A DNA stretch of 64,000 bases from Paragordius varius (taxonomy: Eukaryota; Animalia; Nematomorpha), in contig OZ176057.1 in assembly GCA_964247055.1 (NCBI GenBank), positions 2,480,001-2,544,000 of the forward strand, read 5' to 3'. Each line of letters starts with the position of its first letter. The first letter of the stretch is position 1. Position numbers and translations under genes: made by a program. Positions 14,701-29,400 of the stretch are shown here, one piece after another. The notes beneath the pieces were generated by a model. The model was not told the origin of the DNA, searched no databases, and saw nothing but the letters and a program-made list of their open reading frames with translations.

Positions 14701-15908
14701 GGGGTATTAGAGTTCTAATGGAATTTGATACACCAGGTGAGCTACTTTTAAATATTTTTCCTTAAAATTAATTGATTTTCTTTTTATATAAGATTTGAAA
14801 CTATTTTATGAGTTAAAATATAATTTGGAGTTTTTTTTGGAATCTAAAGTTTTGTTGAGATTTGATTGGATTTCTTGAGATGTAATATGCACATATATTT
14901 TAAACAACAATTAGAGTTTTTTTGCTAAACGTTTGAAAGTATAATGATTTTTCAAAAAAATGATTGATTTTTAAGACAAAATTTCGATAATTTGCGGAAT
15001 AATTGCCTGTAATTTTGAGAATTTTTTATTTCGTGATTGGATTTGATTTGCTAAGATGTGAAAACAATTCTTATCATTAAACCAAAAAATTAGAATTTTC
15101 ACATTAATTGTCTTTAAATTAAAAATCAAATTTTTGAAGTTTTAATTTGATTTTAGCGATCAGTAAGTGTTTAAGATGAATAGGAATTTAGCTTTTTATA
15201 TATTTTTTGTTAAATAAAATCTGTATTGTATAAATCCGTTTTACTTTGATAAATATAAGTTTTTTTTACAATAATGAATCGAAAATTAATTAAATTTCAA
15301 AATATAAATTTTTTTGGTGTTTAATCATAGGTCATACTCTAAGTTGGGGGCGTGCTTACCCCAACATCCTTACAACATGTTATAAACCTGTAGAGAATAC
15401 CGACCATGAAATACAAAATGAAATTCCACAATCAACTTTTAATAAGGTAAAATTTAAAAATTCTAAGAGATTAGTTAGACTAATATATAATTAATTTTAT
15501 TTTTTATTAAGAACTCAAAAGCAAACCAAATTTTGTAATTCTGAATTTTTAACCTAAAATTTATAAGGGCTGAGTTTATATTCCTAAATTTTTTTATTTC
15601 AATTACTTTTTTGATAATTTACGGCATTTGAAGCCAAAATTCGCACATATATATGCCATTTACACTTCAAATTCACCCTTGAACAATTCAAATTCATCAA
15701 ATTTACCCTAAAATAAATTAGTGTTTTTTAAGATTCAAAATTACTTATATTTTTTTATATTTTGAAAAAATTTAATTTTGTTTTTAATTAAAATAAAACT
15801 GAAAAAAATAATAAAATATATGTCATATTAATGATGAGTTATATTACCCCGAAAACACATAATTTATTTTAGGGTGAATTTGAATTGTTAAAGGGTAAAT
15901 TTCAAGTG

Positions 15909-15952
<44 letters not shown>

Positions 15953-18900
15953 ATATAAATCCGCCTTTTATATCTAGAAATCCCTATTTTCCAACTAAAA
16001 ATCATCGGTTTAACTCAACAATTGACGTTTACTAAAATAAATTAACCTTTTTATAGATTTCTATAAGATATATATGATAAATTTATATTTCTCATATATA
16101 TATATACATACAATTAAGTGTGTTACCACAATTTATTAAGACTGAAGACGACATTAAACAAATAATCATAAGTTTTTAAATAATGTATTTGAGTTTCTTT
16201 GCAAGTTTTTGAATTAAAATCAATCTCCACTCTTTTTTTATATGAAAATATTCCAGATAAAATTTAAATAATCATTGCAACCAGCATTTTTTGAGACTTA
16301 AAAATCATGGCGGGCCGCAAAATAAAATATTTAATTTGATGACAAACCGAATACTGTAAACTTTTAACATATAATATACCATTTACAGTTCACATTCCTT
16401 GAACAATTCAATTCACCCTTGAAAAAATTTAATTCACCCTTGAAAAATTCAAATTCACCCTAAACATAAATTATGCGTTTTCGAACTAATCTAACTCATT
16501 ATTAATATGAAATATATATGTATGGCATAGTTTATTATTTTTTTAGTATAATTTTTTTAAAAGAAAATTTTTATTTTTTAAAAATATAGGTAATTTTAAT
16601 ATTACAGATATTTTAATTGTAGGTGAGTTTGAATTGTTCAGGGGTGAGTTTGAATTGTTCGAGGGTGAATTTGAATTGTTTAAGGGTGAATTTGAATTGT
16701 AAATGGTATATAACAATTTTTCTAATATTTATTCTGGAAATTTGTTTAGGAAACATCCTAAAAGATTTCATGAGCTTATTTTATCAAATTATTTTGCGGG
16801 CCACATTTTGAACCCCCCCTCCATTTTAGAGTATTGAACAATTTTATGTTTCTAAAAAGATTTCTAAAGTCCAATTCTTCTAATGATATTTCTTTTTTTC
16901 CGTAAATATTATTGGGTAATATTTAATTCACGAATTATACATATTTTTATTATTTTTTTTCCATAAATTTTATTTTTACCCATTAAGGCTGGTATTATGT
17001 GTGCTCCCCTGCCCAGTACAGTTAAACGAAGGAAAAAACGTTATTTTAGACATGATGTAAAAATATCCAAGCAACATGATATGAAACGATTACTCAAAGC
17101 AAATCAAATGGAAAAAGAAGAATCATTCGATACCCAAAAACTTGAAGAATTATCTAGAAGCAAAAGGTAGTGCATATAACTCTAAGAAACCTATATCAGC
17201 GAGAGTTATTATTAGTTGGTCATTTTGTTAAATAAATTTGCTAAATTTAGCTTGTCTATTAGATTTTTGATTTTTATTAAAAAATAAAAATTTTTACTAA
17301 CAAAAGATTCAGTTCCTACAATTTATGTAACTTATAAAACTGAAAATTATTATACATGCTAAAAAGTATTGTAAATTAAACCTTAAAACACTCATATGAC
17401 CAATAAAACTCTTGATGTTTAATACTCATATTCATAAGTTATGCAATGGTTTCCAAATATCTAAAGTCAGTATAGTATAGTGGTTAGTTACTGTAGAATA
17501 TTTATAAACTATTGCGTATAATTAAAGAGCTAGTATGAATAATTTTGTTATTAACAAATTAAAAACATACTTGCTCAATAATATGGCTGTTTAGTGTATT
17601 CGGTTTTTTATTGGAATAATCAGCTCTCTTTTTTTCGTAAGGAATATACTTTATTTTAGTATCTGCTTGAAACTATATATAAAATATTTGAAATATGAAA
17701 TTATTTGATGTTATACTTTAATTCAAATTTCGAAATAAAAGTACTTTTTGGCGAAGTCGTAAATATATTTTTAACTTTTGATTTAATTTAATTAGATTTA
17801 AAATAAATATGTATTTTCTTTAACACAGACTCTCCAATTTTTATTGGCTAAATAAAAATTATATTGACGATTTAAATGTGCACATGCCTATATTATAATT
17901 TTATTTTTGTTAAATCATTCTTTTTTTTCGGAATAAAGTATGGTCGAGAAACGGAAAGATACATCATCCAATCTTGGGGATTACTTTACCTGGTTGCTGA
18001 TGGCAACCACATTTATGTCTCAGCTAAATCCGTTGTCATGGAAACATCATCCCCTGTCTGGCAAAAGAGAAAAATTTAGCCTTTATAATTATTCGGATAT
18101 TGACCAACTTCAAAGTGGTTCCAATCTTTTTGCAAATATTCATACAAATCATAATAATGCACATAATGAAATTAATTTTGATTCCCTTTTGGATGAAAGA
18201 AAATATTTACATCACCCTAATCAACAAATGTATCTACAAAAAGCACCTCATATCTACGACGCCATTTTATCGTCTACTGAATACAATAAAAATAAAAGAA
18301 TACGGGGAGAAACTCCAACACTTGATTATAACCTTAATCTTAAAAGTATATATTATAAATAATTCTAAATATTAATAAAATAAGTAATTTCCTTTTGATT
18401 TTGCTTTTTTGCGTTATATTTAATGTATGTTTATAAATATTTTTAGTGAAAACCTACAAGACATGTTACTTTTTGACATTTCTCTCATCTTACAGTCTGC
18501 AAATTTATGCTGGCTTATTCTTATCGGACGATTTGGAATATATTACCGTGTGTTTAAATTAAATTTCTCCATAATTAAACAAAGTAATGTAAGATATGAA
18601 AAATTGTTTAATTTAAAAAGTTTGTTGTTTTTTTCGACACACTACTGTGTTCCTAATCGACCAACTATAATGCGAGTAAGCCAGAATAAATATGCATGCT
18701 TTAATAATTTTTTTCTTTAATTTCAACCTATAAATAATTAGAATCACCTACAGATGTTTTAAATCCATTAATTTATGATTGTTGGAGCCTGAATAAAAGT
18801 AATTCTTTATCGCGTGGTGAAACATTGCAAAATATTTTATCGTCTGCCACCACCAATAATCATGTGCTTCAAAATGATGGAGTTGGTACTGAGGCAGACG

Positions 18901-21900
18901 ATACATTGAGCACTAATAACGATGAAAATAAGATGATTATATCCAAAACTGATTCAAATACAACAACAACAAATGTTTATGGTTCAAATCAGCTTCAAAA
19001 TATTGATATTAATAATATAAATCAAGAAAAAAGTCAGGATGATTCATCAAAATTAACAAAATTTGTGGAAGATACCACGATACGAGGACCCCTAAACCCT
19101 ATCAGTTCTGAAACTTATGAATTCTTGAGTAAATTCTTTGATGAAATTTTTGTCCGGTTTCCTGAAACTTATATTCATTTGGGTGGGGATGAAGTCTTAT
19201 TCTCTTGTTGGTATGTACTTTACAGATCTATTTTTGGATTAAATACTATTTTTTTTAGATATGAAGAAATAAATATATGTAAGATTTAAACAAACCTTTT
19301 TGGTAAATCCACTATGTTTAAGAAATTTTACGAACAAAAGTACTGTAATTATTTTCAATTTCCCATTTTGATGTGTTTTTTTTTGGTTTTAATTCCTTTT
19401 TTAATTGACAAATTTTTAAGTTAATTGGCTACATATTTAAAATATAATGTTACTTTTTAAATCTAAAATATTCTATTTATTTTTAAGGTCTTCGAACCCA
19501 GAAATACAGGCCTTTATGAAAGCCAAAAATTGGACAAATTATGCCTTGTTGGAAAATTATTACATTCAGAAACTTATAACAGACATTTTGAGCCCTAAAG
19601 ATGCAAAACGCAAATATTTGGTTTGGCAAGAGATTTTTGATAACGCAGTCTCGGTATGATAATAAACTTTGTTTTAAATAAAAAATAAATTGAGTTTTTA
19701 CCAATATCGTTTAAAAATTTGTTAATTTAGCAATTAATCTTAGTTTATTTTGCCAAAGTTTATTTAGTTTCTGGCCATGTTTATTGTAACAATCATTTAG
19801 TCTAAATTATTATAACTTATTCATAATACATACTGAAATATGTATCGAAGGGGCAATTTTTTCATAAAAATGGCTGTAGTTTATTGGAAAAAATTAATTC
19901 TATTTAAAAACACAACAGATAATCTATATTATTGGGTCCCTGTTGCGTTTAGAGTTGATTAAATCCATATTTAAATATGTTTTTTTAATATGGTTTTTTG
20001 GATTTGTACCATTATATATTTTACGCCCTGTATCACTTTTAACCATTTTATTGTAAAATTTACTTTATGGTGTTAATTATAAAAATGGTCACATTTTTAC
20101 ATTTATGTTTTATTTCAAATTTTTTTACCTATTTTATGCCCTATATATCATTTACAAATCATATTTTAATGATTTAGAAAAAAACGACACATTCTTTACT
20201 TTAAACCAAATACAATTTAATTTTTTTTAAAATATCTATTGGTATTTAATTTTAATATCAATTGCACCTCAAGTCGATATTATAACACTTTCAATAGGTC
20301 ATTCATAATCATAATCTTTTAAATATATATATTTAACTATTGTTCAAACTATCAACATTTGTCATTTTTGAAACATCCCTTTTAAAAAAAAAATTTAATT
20401 TACAACAGTAATTTTTATCAACGGGCCAATTTAATATGTTCAGGGAACTATTTCATGAGTTTAAGGACCAATTTAATATGGTTAAGAATTAATTTTTATT
20501 TAAAAAAAATTTTATTCTGTATTTTAGATTAACAAAGCAAACACGATAATTCATGTGTGGAAAGATTATTGGAAAACTGAATTACTGAGCATACTCTCCC
20601 AACAAACTTATGCCGTTTTAAGTTCACCCTGGTACCTTAATTACATTAGATACGGACAGGACTGGCAAAATATTTATACTGTTGAACCGTTAGATATTCC
20701 AGGATGTATGATATATTTAACCATATATATATACCATTTACAATTCAAATTCACCCTTAAACAATTCACCAAATATTTTAGAGATCGGACTATAAATGTA
20801 ATTTTTGTGAATTTTATAAATATCGATAAAATTTATTTTTTATAAAATTAATTATGTGTTTTCGGGCAGATAATATAACTCATCATTAATATGAAATATA
20901 TTCTTATGGCGTAGTATATTATTTTTTCAGTTTTATATTAATTTTTAATAAAACTTTATTTTTTAAAAATATAAAAAAATATATTTAATTTTAAAAAACA
21001 CATAATTTATTTTAGGGTGAATAACTGTAAATGATATATATATATATATAATATGCACATTTATGTTGGCTTATTCATATTATTGTTGGTCAATTGGCAA
21101 AACAGTATCATATGTTATGAGCCAAATTTTGTCCATAATTAAATAACCAATTAATGTTATAAGTTAAATGAAAAAGTTGCATTTTTACATTTTGTTATTT
21201 TTACCTATGCGCTACCGTGTTGTTGATTTACTAACATTAATGTGAATAAGACAGCATGAACGTACATTTATACTAAATTGTAAAGTATAAATATAAAAGT
21301 AAAAAAATAAAAGACAAATATATTCATATCAAAACAGCTGATTCCTCTTCTTTCCCCTTTTAGCCGCGATTTATGAGAAAAAAATGAAATATTTGCATTA
21401 AAAACGTAAAAATTAGACTTATTTCAAGCAAAAAATAATTGATAGCGGATTTAATCAATTAATATATAATAATAAATATATTAATGATAGAGATATCTGA
21501 TAATAATAAATGACGGTTACATAATATTTTTAACTAGTAAAAAAATTTATTTAAAGGTTTTATCAACTATAAATGATATTAACATAAAAATTATGGCCTT
21601 ATATCATAATTGTTAAAGGTTATAATTTACTGATTTGTTTCTGTAACTATTTTTAAAAATTGATTTTATCCTAAAGTTTTTTTAATTATTTTTATATATA
21701 TATATATATATTTATATCATCAGTTTCAATATAAAGTTTATAAATAAAGGGACAAATGTTTTTCACTAAAAGACACAAAGTTGACTATATAAACATAAAA
21801 TTTGTATGTTTTGAATTTTATTATATTTACATATTATTTTTAATGTTGAATTTTTTTAAAATCAGATTTTTTTTGATTTTTTTTCCTATATATATAGTAA

Positions 21901-24900
21901 AGGATTCAGACACGCAATATTTACTGGGGGGCGAAGCTTGTATGTGGGGTGAATACATCAATGACGCTAACTTATTAACTACACTTTGGTACATAGATTT
22001 AAATTAAATTGAATTTTCTAGAAAAATTTTTTTTTGCCCTTTGATAAATTATGTTTTTTTCAGATTAACATAGAGGGTATGAAAAATTTATCCATCATTA
22101 ACACTCCTTTTTACCTTTTGGGGTAGTTTTGTATCCCAGAGCGATTTTAAATTTGGATATCTAAAAAGTATTTAAGGTATTAATAATCCGAATTTAAAAA
22201 TATGCTTTTTTAGCCTTTTAAACGCATTATACAAATTTTTTTTAAAGATGAAAAATTGTATAAAAATCCCTCAACTCAAACTTTTTGTCACCATCATTTT
22301 TTATATATTTGTTTAAATCGCCAACAGACATATATACATAGATATATATATTATGGTTCGAAAATATTATTAATTAACTTTAAAAATCGTTCAGGCTACA
22401 TTTTCTCAACAAAACAATTATATTTTGATTTAACTTTCAGCGGTTCGTTTCAAACGTTTTTTGCTTTCGACTTTAGACTATAGAAGTCAAAATATGAGCT
22501 ATTTAATCTTATACATGTCAACAATGTTTGAGAATTAATTTTAACCAAATTTAAACTATAATTTTGCTCTGAGATATAAATCTAAGCCTAAAGGTAAGCT
22601 TAGACGGAAAAGTGAAAAGATAATTAATTAAGTTTTAAATTAACAAAATTAACGTTGAAATATATGTGGAAAAATTGTTTAATTTCAAACATTTATTGTT
22701 TTTACCATAAGCAACTGTACAATTTAAATAATATAAACATTTTATTTAATTATTTTAAATTGTAGAATAGAGTGTACTATAATAATTCTAATCATATACA
22801 TTAAAAAGTAAAAAGAGATATAAATAAATAATATATAGTTTTTTCTTGTTAAAATATTAGTATTCTATTTCTCCTTAAATTAAAAAAATTGTTTTAATGA
22901 AATTTAATAAATATATGTGTATGTTAATATTTGGCCATTTATTATGTTTATATTTGTTAATAAAATCTATAAACCTAAACTTTTTTTGTTATCATCTCTT
23001 TTACCCAAATATATGTAAATAACTAATCAACCGTATTAGTAATTTTTAAAAATGATATACGTTGGAAGCTGTTCTCATATATTTTATAATACACAATAGT
23101 GATCCTAAGAAGTGTAGTAAAAAAACATCTAAAATTTACTCTTGAACAGTTCATATTCACCCTCATATTCACCTTAAAACAGAATATGTGTTTTTGATTT
23201 TACATGAACAGTAATCTTTTGAAAAATTATGATTTTTGTTAAATTTGTCCTTTATAAACCAATTATAATAGCAACACATAATCTACTCGGATTTCCGTGA
23301 TTTATTTCTTAAATTATCATACGTAAAATTTTAGAATACATGTAATATATGAGGAAAAATAAATTGCCAGTTTTTGATTAAACTATTGCGAGATTGCAGC
23401 ATTTATAATGAAAAAATTTTTTATGTTTTTAATTTTTTCCTTTCACTTAAATCTCCTAATTTTGTATTTTCACATTAAATTACATGGTAAAAACAACAAT
23501 TGGTTAAAATTAAACAATTTTTTCCCCATATATTAACATTCATATTGTTTGCCTATGTATGGACACACTTTTTTTATGTCCTTTACTTATACTAATGGGT
23601 TTTGTAGCTCTTTAAACAAGAAAGAAATAAATAAAAAAAAATTTTAACTTATTTTTATTCCTTTATGTGTGTTGATCTTACAGTGTGAGTAGATATTCAT
23701 TGCTAAATTTTTTATCAAATATTGCCAGGTGGCATATAAACCAAAGAGCCTTATTGTTAGTTATTAATAGTAAAAAGTTAAAAAAATAAGTATAAACCAA
23801 TAAATAATATTGCTCTTTGCTAAATCTGCTATACTATCTGGTGGTAATAATTAATGAAAAACTAGCACTGTACTCACTCTCATACTGTAAATTAAATTAG
23901 GATTTTGAAATACATATATAGCGAGTATTTTATTTTGTTTGAACTTTTTTTGACTTTTTTCTTATTATAATAATACATATATAGCGAGTGTGTTATTTTG
24001 TTTGAACACTTTTTTTAGTTTTTTTTTGACTTTTTTTAACCAAAAATAGGCCTAGGGCCAGTACCGTAGCAGAAAGGTTATGGAGTCCGCGTGAAGTAAA
24101 TAACGTTACAGAGGCGGCCACTCGTTTATCCGCACATGCTTGTCGAATGAAACGGTAAATTTTATTATTCACAAAATTATTTTAATATAAATCATCAAAA
24201 CAAACTATATTTCTAAATTATTATATTGCAATTATAATTCAGTTAAAATTATATGAATTTATTATATGAATTTGCGATTACTACAAGTAATCTTTTTGTC
24301 AAACGTAAAAATAAAATTAAAATATAAACTAAAATTTTAAAATATAAAATATTTTTTTAAATTTTTGTCAAAAAAAGTGTGGGTGGGGTTATTTTAGGGG
24401 TAAATGATAATTTTTAATTAATTTAGTAATAAAATACAATAATTATTATTGTTATTAGCGGAGTAGGAAAAAATGTATTTTGAATGGTTATATAGTATTT
24501 TCTTGAAGTTGATAGGTAGCCCATAATGATTGAAGTATTTGAAGGTAAAACTAAATTGTTTCGTTTTACTGAGTTTTAGGATTTCCTACATATAAGGAAG
24601 TTGCAATAATGGGCCATGTCTAAGTAAAAGTTGCCAATATTATCATATTGTGTAGATGGGTTATTTTCAGTTCTTTCTTGAGGTTATAATGATAAAACTA
24701 TGTATGAGAGACAAAAATAAATTTACAAAATTGGGCTTTAATGGATCGTATATATATATATAATATTACATATTGCACAAATGGGTATATTAACTGCTGT
24801 TAAAAGATTACAAAGCTATTTATTAATATTATTGCAGAAATGAAGGGGAGATTATGGGGGGGTTGGGATTTAAATTGTTTTTTTGAGATAGGCCATAATT

Positions 24901-25808
24901 CTCGAATGATTTTTAGTCAAAATATATTTTATTATGGAGTAGCTGTTGCAAAAATGAATCATTTTTATATTTAAATAAAATTATTATAGTGATTTGAAGT
25001 TAATATGTCATAACGTTTAAACTTTTTAGGGTCAAAATAATTTATTTCACAAAAATAAGGTAATTCACATCGGGTAAGGTATAAAATCGGTTATTTTAGC
25101 TCCTTGAAAGGTTATAACAATTTAATCTACTGTCAAAAAATTTATAAGCTAGTCGACAAATATGCCTCGTTTTGTGTTTTTTACTTATTAAACAAGATAT
25201 AATATATTGCTGGATGGAAATATAAATTTAAGCAATAAATATTAATTATTAATAAGTGAAAATATATAGGTTTTATTATATGCTAAAATACGGCCTTTTT
25301 CGTCGTTATTATTGAAAACTACGTTATATTTATACCGATACACAAATATAAATATTCAGTGAAAATAATTTACAGATTCATAACTGTTTAAATAAACAAA
25401 TATCACGAGTAAAATTATCTGTTGAAAATTAAAATATTTACAGTGAAAATTGAATTCGGACAAAACGTAAAAATATAAAGTCAATAATTTTTTTTAAAAG
25501 ACAACCATACTTTTTAATACCTTAATGTTTCCCATATAAGCTATTTAGATGCAATTGTAAGATATAGAATTGATTGTGTTAGTAATATATATCTCTATTT
25601 CACTCTTTGCCATTTAAAACAATGAGCTATATATTGAAATAAATCAAGATTTAGAAAGTATATGGTTGTCTTTAAAAAAAATATTTGTCTTTATATTTTT
25701 ACGTTTTGTCCGTATAATTTCCATTTATAATTACCATTTATTTTTTCCATTATATTTAGGCTTGGAATTGAAGTGGCACCCATATTAGGTCCAAGTTTTT
25801 GCCCTTGA
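8787..25808 (+). CDS. HEXB: Beta-hexosaminidase (GH20, HexA/HexB-like) with signal peptide and a ~330-aa insertion in the catalytic barrel; about 885 aa
   Basis: Exons 8787-9225, 11045-11295, 12644-12745, 14631-14736, 15331-15446, 16988-17166, 17939-18345, 18742-19210, 19488-19653, 20528-20705, 21898-21988, 24050-24154, 25760-25808 (total 2658 nt, in frame). Motifs: [56 protein letters not shown], catalytic [51 protein letters not shown]. Exons 6-7 are supported only by ORF and phase fit. Orthology to alpha versus beta subunit is not resolvable. Confidence 0.93.
9770..10480. mobile_element. Non-autonomous DNA element family C (~500-700 bp, 30-bp TIR)
   Basis: ttcgattcaaattggggtatctgaatacct (9770-9799) versus aggtatttagataccccaatttgaatcgaa (10451-10480), 29/30 inverted match. 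Related copies at ~29868-30412, ~31367-31868 and a fragment at ~58380. Confidence 0.8.
10746..11025. mobile_element. MITE family A copy
   Basis: ta|ccatttacagtttaaattcacccttg ... gaatttgaattgtaaatgg|ta. Ends 19 nt before hexosaminidase exon 2. Confidence 0.88.
12808..13765. repeat. Compound/nested family A MITEs with an expanded tandem array of the ~21-bp aacaattcaaattcaccctt(a/g) unit
   Basis: Many degenerate aacaattcaaatt(c/t)accc units at 12810-13210, an internal ccatttac at ~13079, and right ends at ~13454 and ~13762. Confidence 0.8.
13916..14180. mobile_element. MITE family B copy
   Basis: aaattatacggacaaaatgtaaaa..aaagacaaa ... tttgtctttatatttttacgttttgtacg..tttttactg|ta. Confidence 0.75.
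15656..15910. mobile_element. MITE family A copy followed by (TA)n
   Basis: ccatttacacttcaaattcacccttgaacaattc ... agggtgaatttgaattgttaaaggg. Confidence 0.75.
16379..16706. mobile_element. MITE family A copy
   Basis: ta|ccatttacagttcac ... gaatttgaattgtaaatgg|ta. Confidence 0.85.
20734..21034. mobile_element. MITE family A copy
   Basis: ta|ccatttacaattcaaattcaccc ... agggtgaataactgtaaatga|ta. Starts 28 nt after the exon-10 donor. Confidence 0.8.
25441..25725. mobile_element. MITE family B copy
   Basis: ta|cagtgaaaattgaattcggacaaaacgtaaaaatataaag ... tttgtctttatatttttacgttttgtccgtataatt. Confidence 0.8.
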
Positions 25809-26175
25809 AATGCACATGATTTATTACCATATCTATCTCAAAAATGTGATCTTAATTATATATATTGTTAAAAAATGAAATATTTTTAATCTACAAAATC
25901 AAAGTTTTATTATATATCAAAATTTTAAAGATATACTTATTATTAATATCATATATTTTTCAATTATTTTGTTATTTACAAAAAAAACTGACCAAACAAA
26001 CAACCAATCAATTATTGAAATATGTATGAAACTTTTTATACACATAGATATATTATGTATTATGTGATTTTCGAAATCAATAATTTTTTCTGGTATTATC
26101 AGTTTTACAACGGTATAATAAATTTAAGAACATAAATATATTTAATTTATTATATATATATATATCCTTAATATA

Positions 26176-26436
26176 CCATTTACAGTTCAAATTTACCCTT
26201 TAACAATTCAAATTCACCCTCAAATAAATAACATTTTTTTTAAGATTGAAAATTACCTATGTTTTATTTTTAAAAAATAAAAATTTTGTTTTAAATTAAA
26301 ATAATTCTGAAAATATAATAATTTATGCCATAAAGATATAGTTTATAATAATAATGTGTTATATTAGTTCGAATACACATAATTTATTTTTAGGGTGAAC
26401 TTGAATTGTTCAAGGGTGGATTTGAACTGTAAATGG
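26176..26436. mobile_element. MITE family A copy
   Basis: ta|ccatttacagttcaaatt ... atttgaactgtaaatgg|ta. Confidence 0.88.
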
Positions 26437-29400
26437 TATATTTTAAAATTATTGAAACAAATTTAAAATAAAACATCTATGGCCTGATAGAGGCGCATAT
26501 TTTTCAAATGTACAACTGCAATAAAATCGCCCTTATAAACTTTCTGCAGTCACCATTTTTTTAATTTTTTGTTGAAATTGCCACAAATAAAATGCTTTTA
26601 TTATATTTTGACTACGAATTTTCTGTTTGTTTTAATTATTTGCTAAATTGTTTATTAAACAAGGATGAAATATACTGGATAATATATATTTGCAATACAA
26701 TACTCTCATGGTGCTTGGTTTTGGCAGTTACCAGCATTTTAATCACCGATTTTCGGGTAATTGTTGCATATAGATAAATAGCAAAATTTGCGGATATTAT
26801 ATTAAAAAAATTTTGGCAAAAAAACTTTAAACCAAGATATTTTTTTAAATTTTCATAAAATATATATATATTTGGATTGCAAAATATTATTTATAATTTA
26901 GGTTAATTTGTTTCAGGCTACGAAATTCTTAAATTTTTCATAAAATGAATTAGATTTCTTTTAAAAAAATGCACCGATATTGCGCGATAAGAAAATTTAC
27001 ATATGGAAGATTATGCGCGATTTTAGAAACAAAACTATTTTATGGTTTTTTTTAAACATTATGAAAACATTTTATAACTAAAATATTTTTACGATGCTGC
27101 AGAAGTTAATAAATTCAAAATAATATTTGTCCTTTTTCAAATACTCACCCAAATTTGAATCGATTATTATCGATTTGAATTTCTTTCAGAAAACTTAAGC
27201 AGCGTCGAATTAAAAGTATATCCATAAAATCGTAAAGCATTTTAATATTATTTCCAAAATTCTTCATACCATAAATTGCAAAATCTAGCTAAATTTATAT
27301 TTCTAACAATATTCATTATTATATTCCATATGTCACGATTCAGCACACAATTTTATATATCGCTATTTAGGGGTATGATATTTAAAGACTTAGAGTCCAC
27401 ATCTGAAAATTATATCATTAAAAATAAAAGTATATAGCGAGAATCTGATGCATTTCCTTTAAATACCATTTTAGGGGCTTACTTTTTATACTATCTTGTT
27501 GATTTACTGTGTCTAATTTACACTGCGTTCGATATCAGGGGTAAAAAGAAATATCAATGCATATCTGATAGGAAAATCTAAGAGGAATATCATACTGCTT
27601 TTGGCTCTTACAAGTGATATAAAAAAGTTATCACACTTTTGTGATAACTGCTCCATATCATAAAATGGCAAAATTTGCATTCATTTTGTTCAATATTATT
27701 TTGGTGAAATCTAAATGCTTTTTTCAAAAATATCACTGAATATATTATAAACCACATATGAAAAGTATAATGATATATTTAAAAAAAAATCAATTTTAGA
27801 TTCTGAAGATCCCAAATTTTTGGACGCGTCTAAAATGTGCAAATATTTTTAAACTAAACGCGAAAATGCCCAGATTTTGCGAAAAAATTTTATTATATGC
27901 TAGATTATTTATTTTTGCAAAAATACTTTCTTTAAAATTTAGTTTATAGCGCAATTGTAGCAAAGCGAGTTTCATGGTTTTTGAAGCATGGGCGGAATAC
28001 AAAAACTAAACTGCAATCACTATTAGTTCCGATGCGTATGACTAAAACCGAAATATAAATTTCATTGAAGAGAGCCAAGAATTTGTCACATTAATTAATA
28101 TTCAAAGGAAAAATTTCCGAATCTCGTTGGCACTCAAAATTTAAAAAAATCTAATTTCAAAGCCTTTAAAAATGTTTAAGGGCTGATGCGTCCCGTAGGC
28201 TGCGGTTTGAGTATAGCTGCTTTAGAAATTACAAAAATGTAAAAAATATAAGCTTTTTTAATACAGGAGAACAATGTTTATACAACACGAGGCCAAAAAG
28301 GTAAAAGGTCATGAAGTGAGGAAACTAGCCCATGGCGAAAAAAATGGGACTTTGGAACCCACATCTAAGAATTAAAATTTGAACAAAATATTGTTTTTCC
28401 TTTTAATATATCTTATGATATATTATGGTGATATTTTGAAAATAGCATTTAGCCTTCCCCAAAATAAGTTATTTTAAAAAATATACGCAAATTTTCTCAT
28501 TTTCTGATATGGGGCAGTTATCACAAAAATTCAAATAGCTTTTAAAAATACATGTAAGACCCAAACGCACCAAAAAAACCCTGTATTCAATTTTCTAAAA
28601 TATTTTTTATATCCTAGATTTCGGACAGAGTGTATATGGCACAATCTAAATCGAATATTAAAATATTCAATAGATCACGTTTTCCGAATTGCTTTAGGAT
28701 CCATATTTAATCATTTTTTATATATTTAAACGATATCACATATGGCTTTATCAACCACGGCATATAAAATTAAATCTTATTAATATAATACTCATTACCT
28801 ATTCAATTTTAGTTTCCCTTTTAGGGAAGATTTATCCAGATTTCTATAAATAAACTATATATTTAAAAGTTATTTTAATTAAAATTAAATTATCCAACAT
28901 TTTTATCATGCATAAAAAAACTTACATTCTTAACAGTTTAAAGACCTTTAGAGGCTCATATCGGGTGAGCAAAAACACTATGAAACGCTTATTAAATTTA
29001 AACTATATCAGGTTTTTGCTGCTAAAATATCGCACTTTTTATATTTAATTATTTACATGGTCCAACCATAACAAACAATTATTTGCCTGTTGCAACAAAT
29101 TAAAATAATCATATGTAAAATGGCGGAAAAATAGTTTGAGATTTAACATTATTAAAATTTTGTATGATGCGCCTAAACTTAAGAAAGTATATTTTTAAGT
29201 TCAGCTTATTACCCTACATCTTTTAAGATAGTCAAATTTCAAATGGCTCCGGGATAGAATACTACCTCAAAAGGTAATGGAGTACTTTGTGAATAAATTT
29301 TTATATGTCTCGTTCATTACTGTTATACAACAAATTTTTTGCCATGATTTCAATTCATTTCATATTTTAGACTATTTATTGTTACACAGGCCTGGGTATC

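Noticed and set aside
17940-18362. Separate nested gene inside the hexosaminidase
   Set aside because: Both ends have splice sites whose phases (2 and 1) exactly bridge the flanking hexosaminidase exons, so it is treated as an inserted exon. It is not fully excluded.
24480-24960. Possible decayed LINE reverse-transcriptase C-terminus on the minus strand; similar hint at 46300-46560
   Set aside because: Multiple stops and only vague motif resemblance, so it cannot be supported without a profile search.
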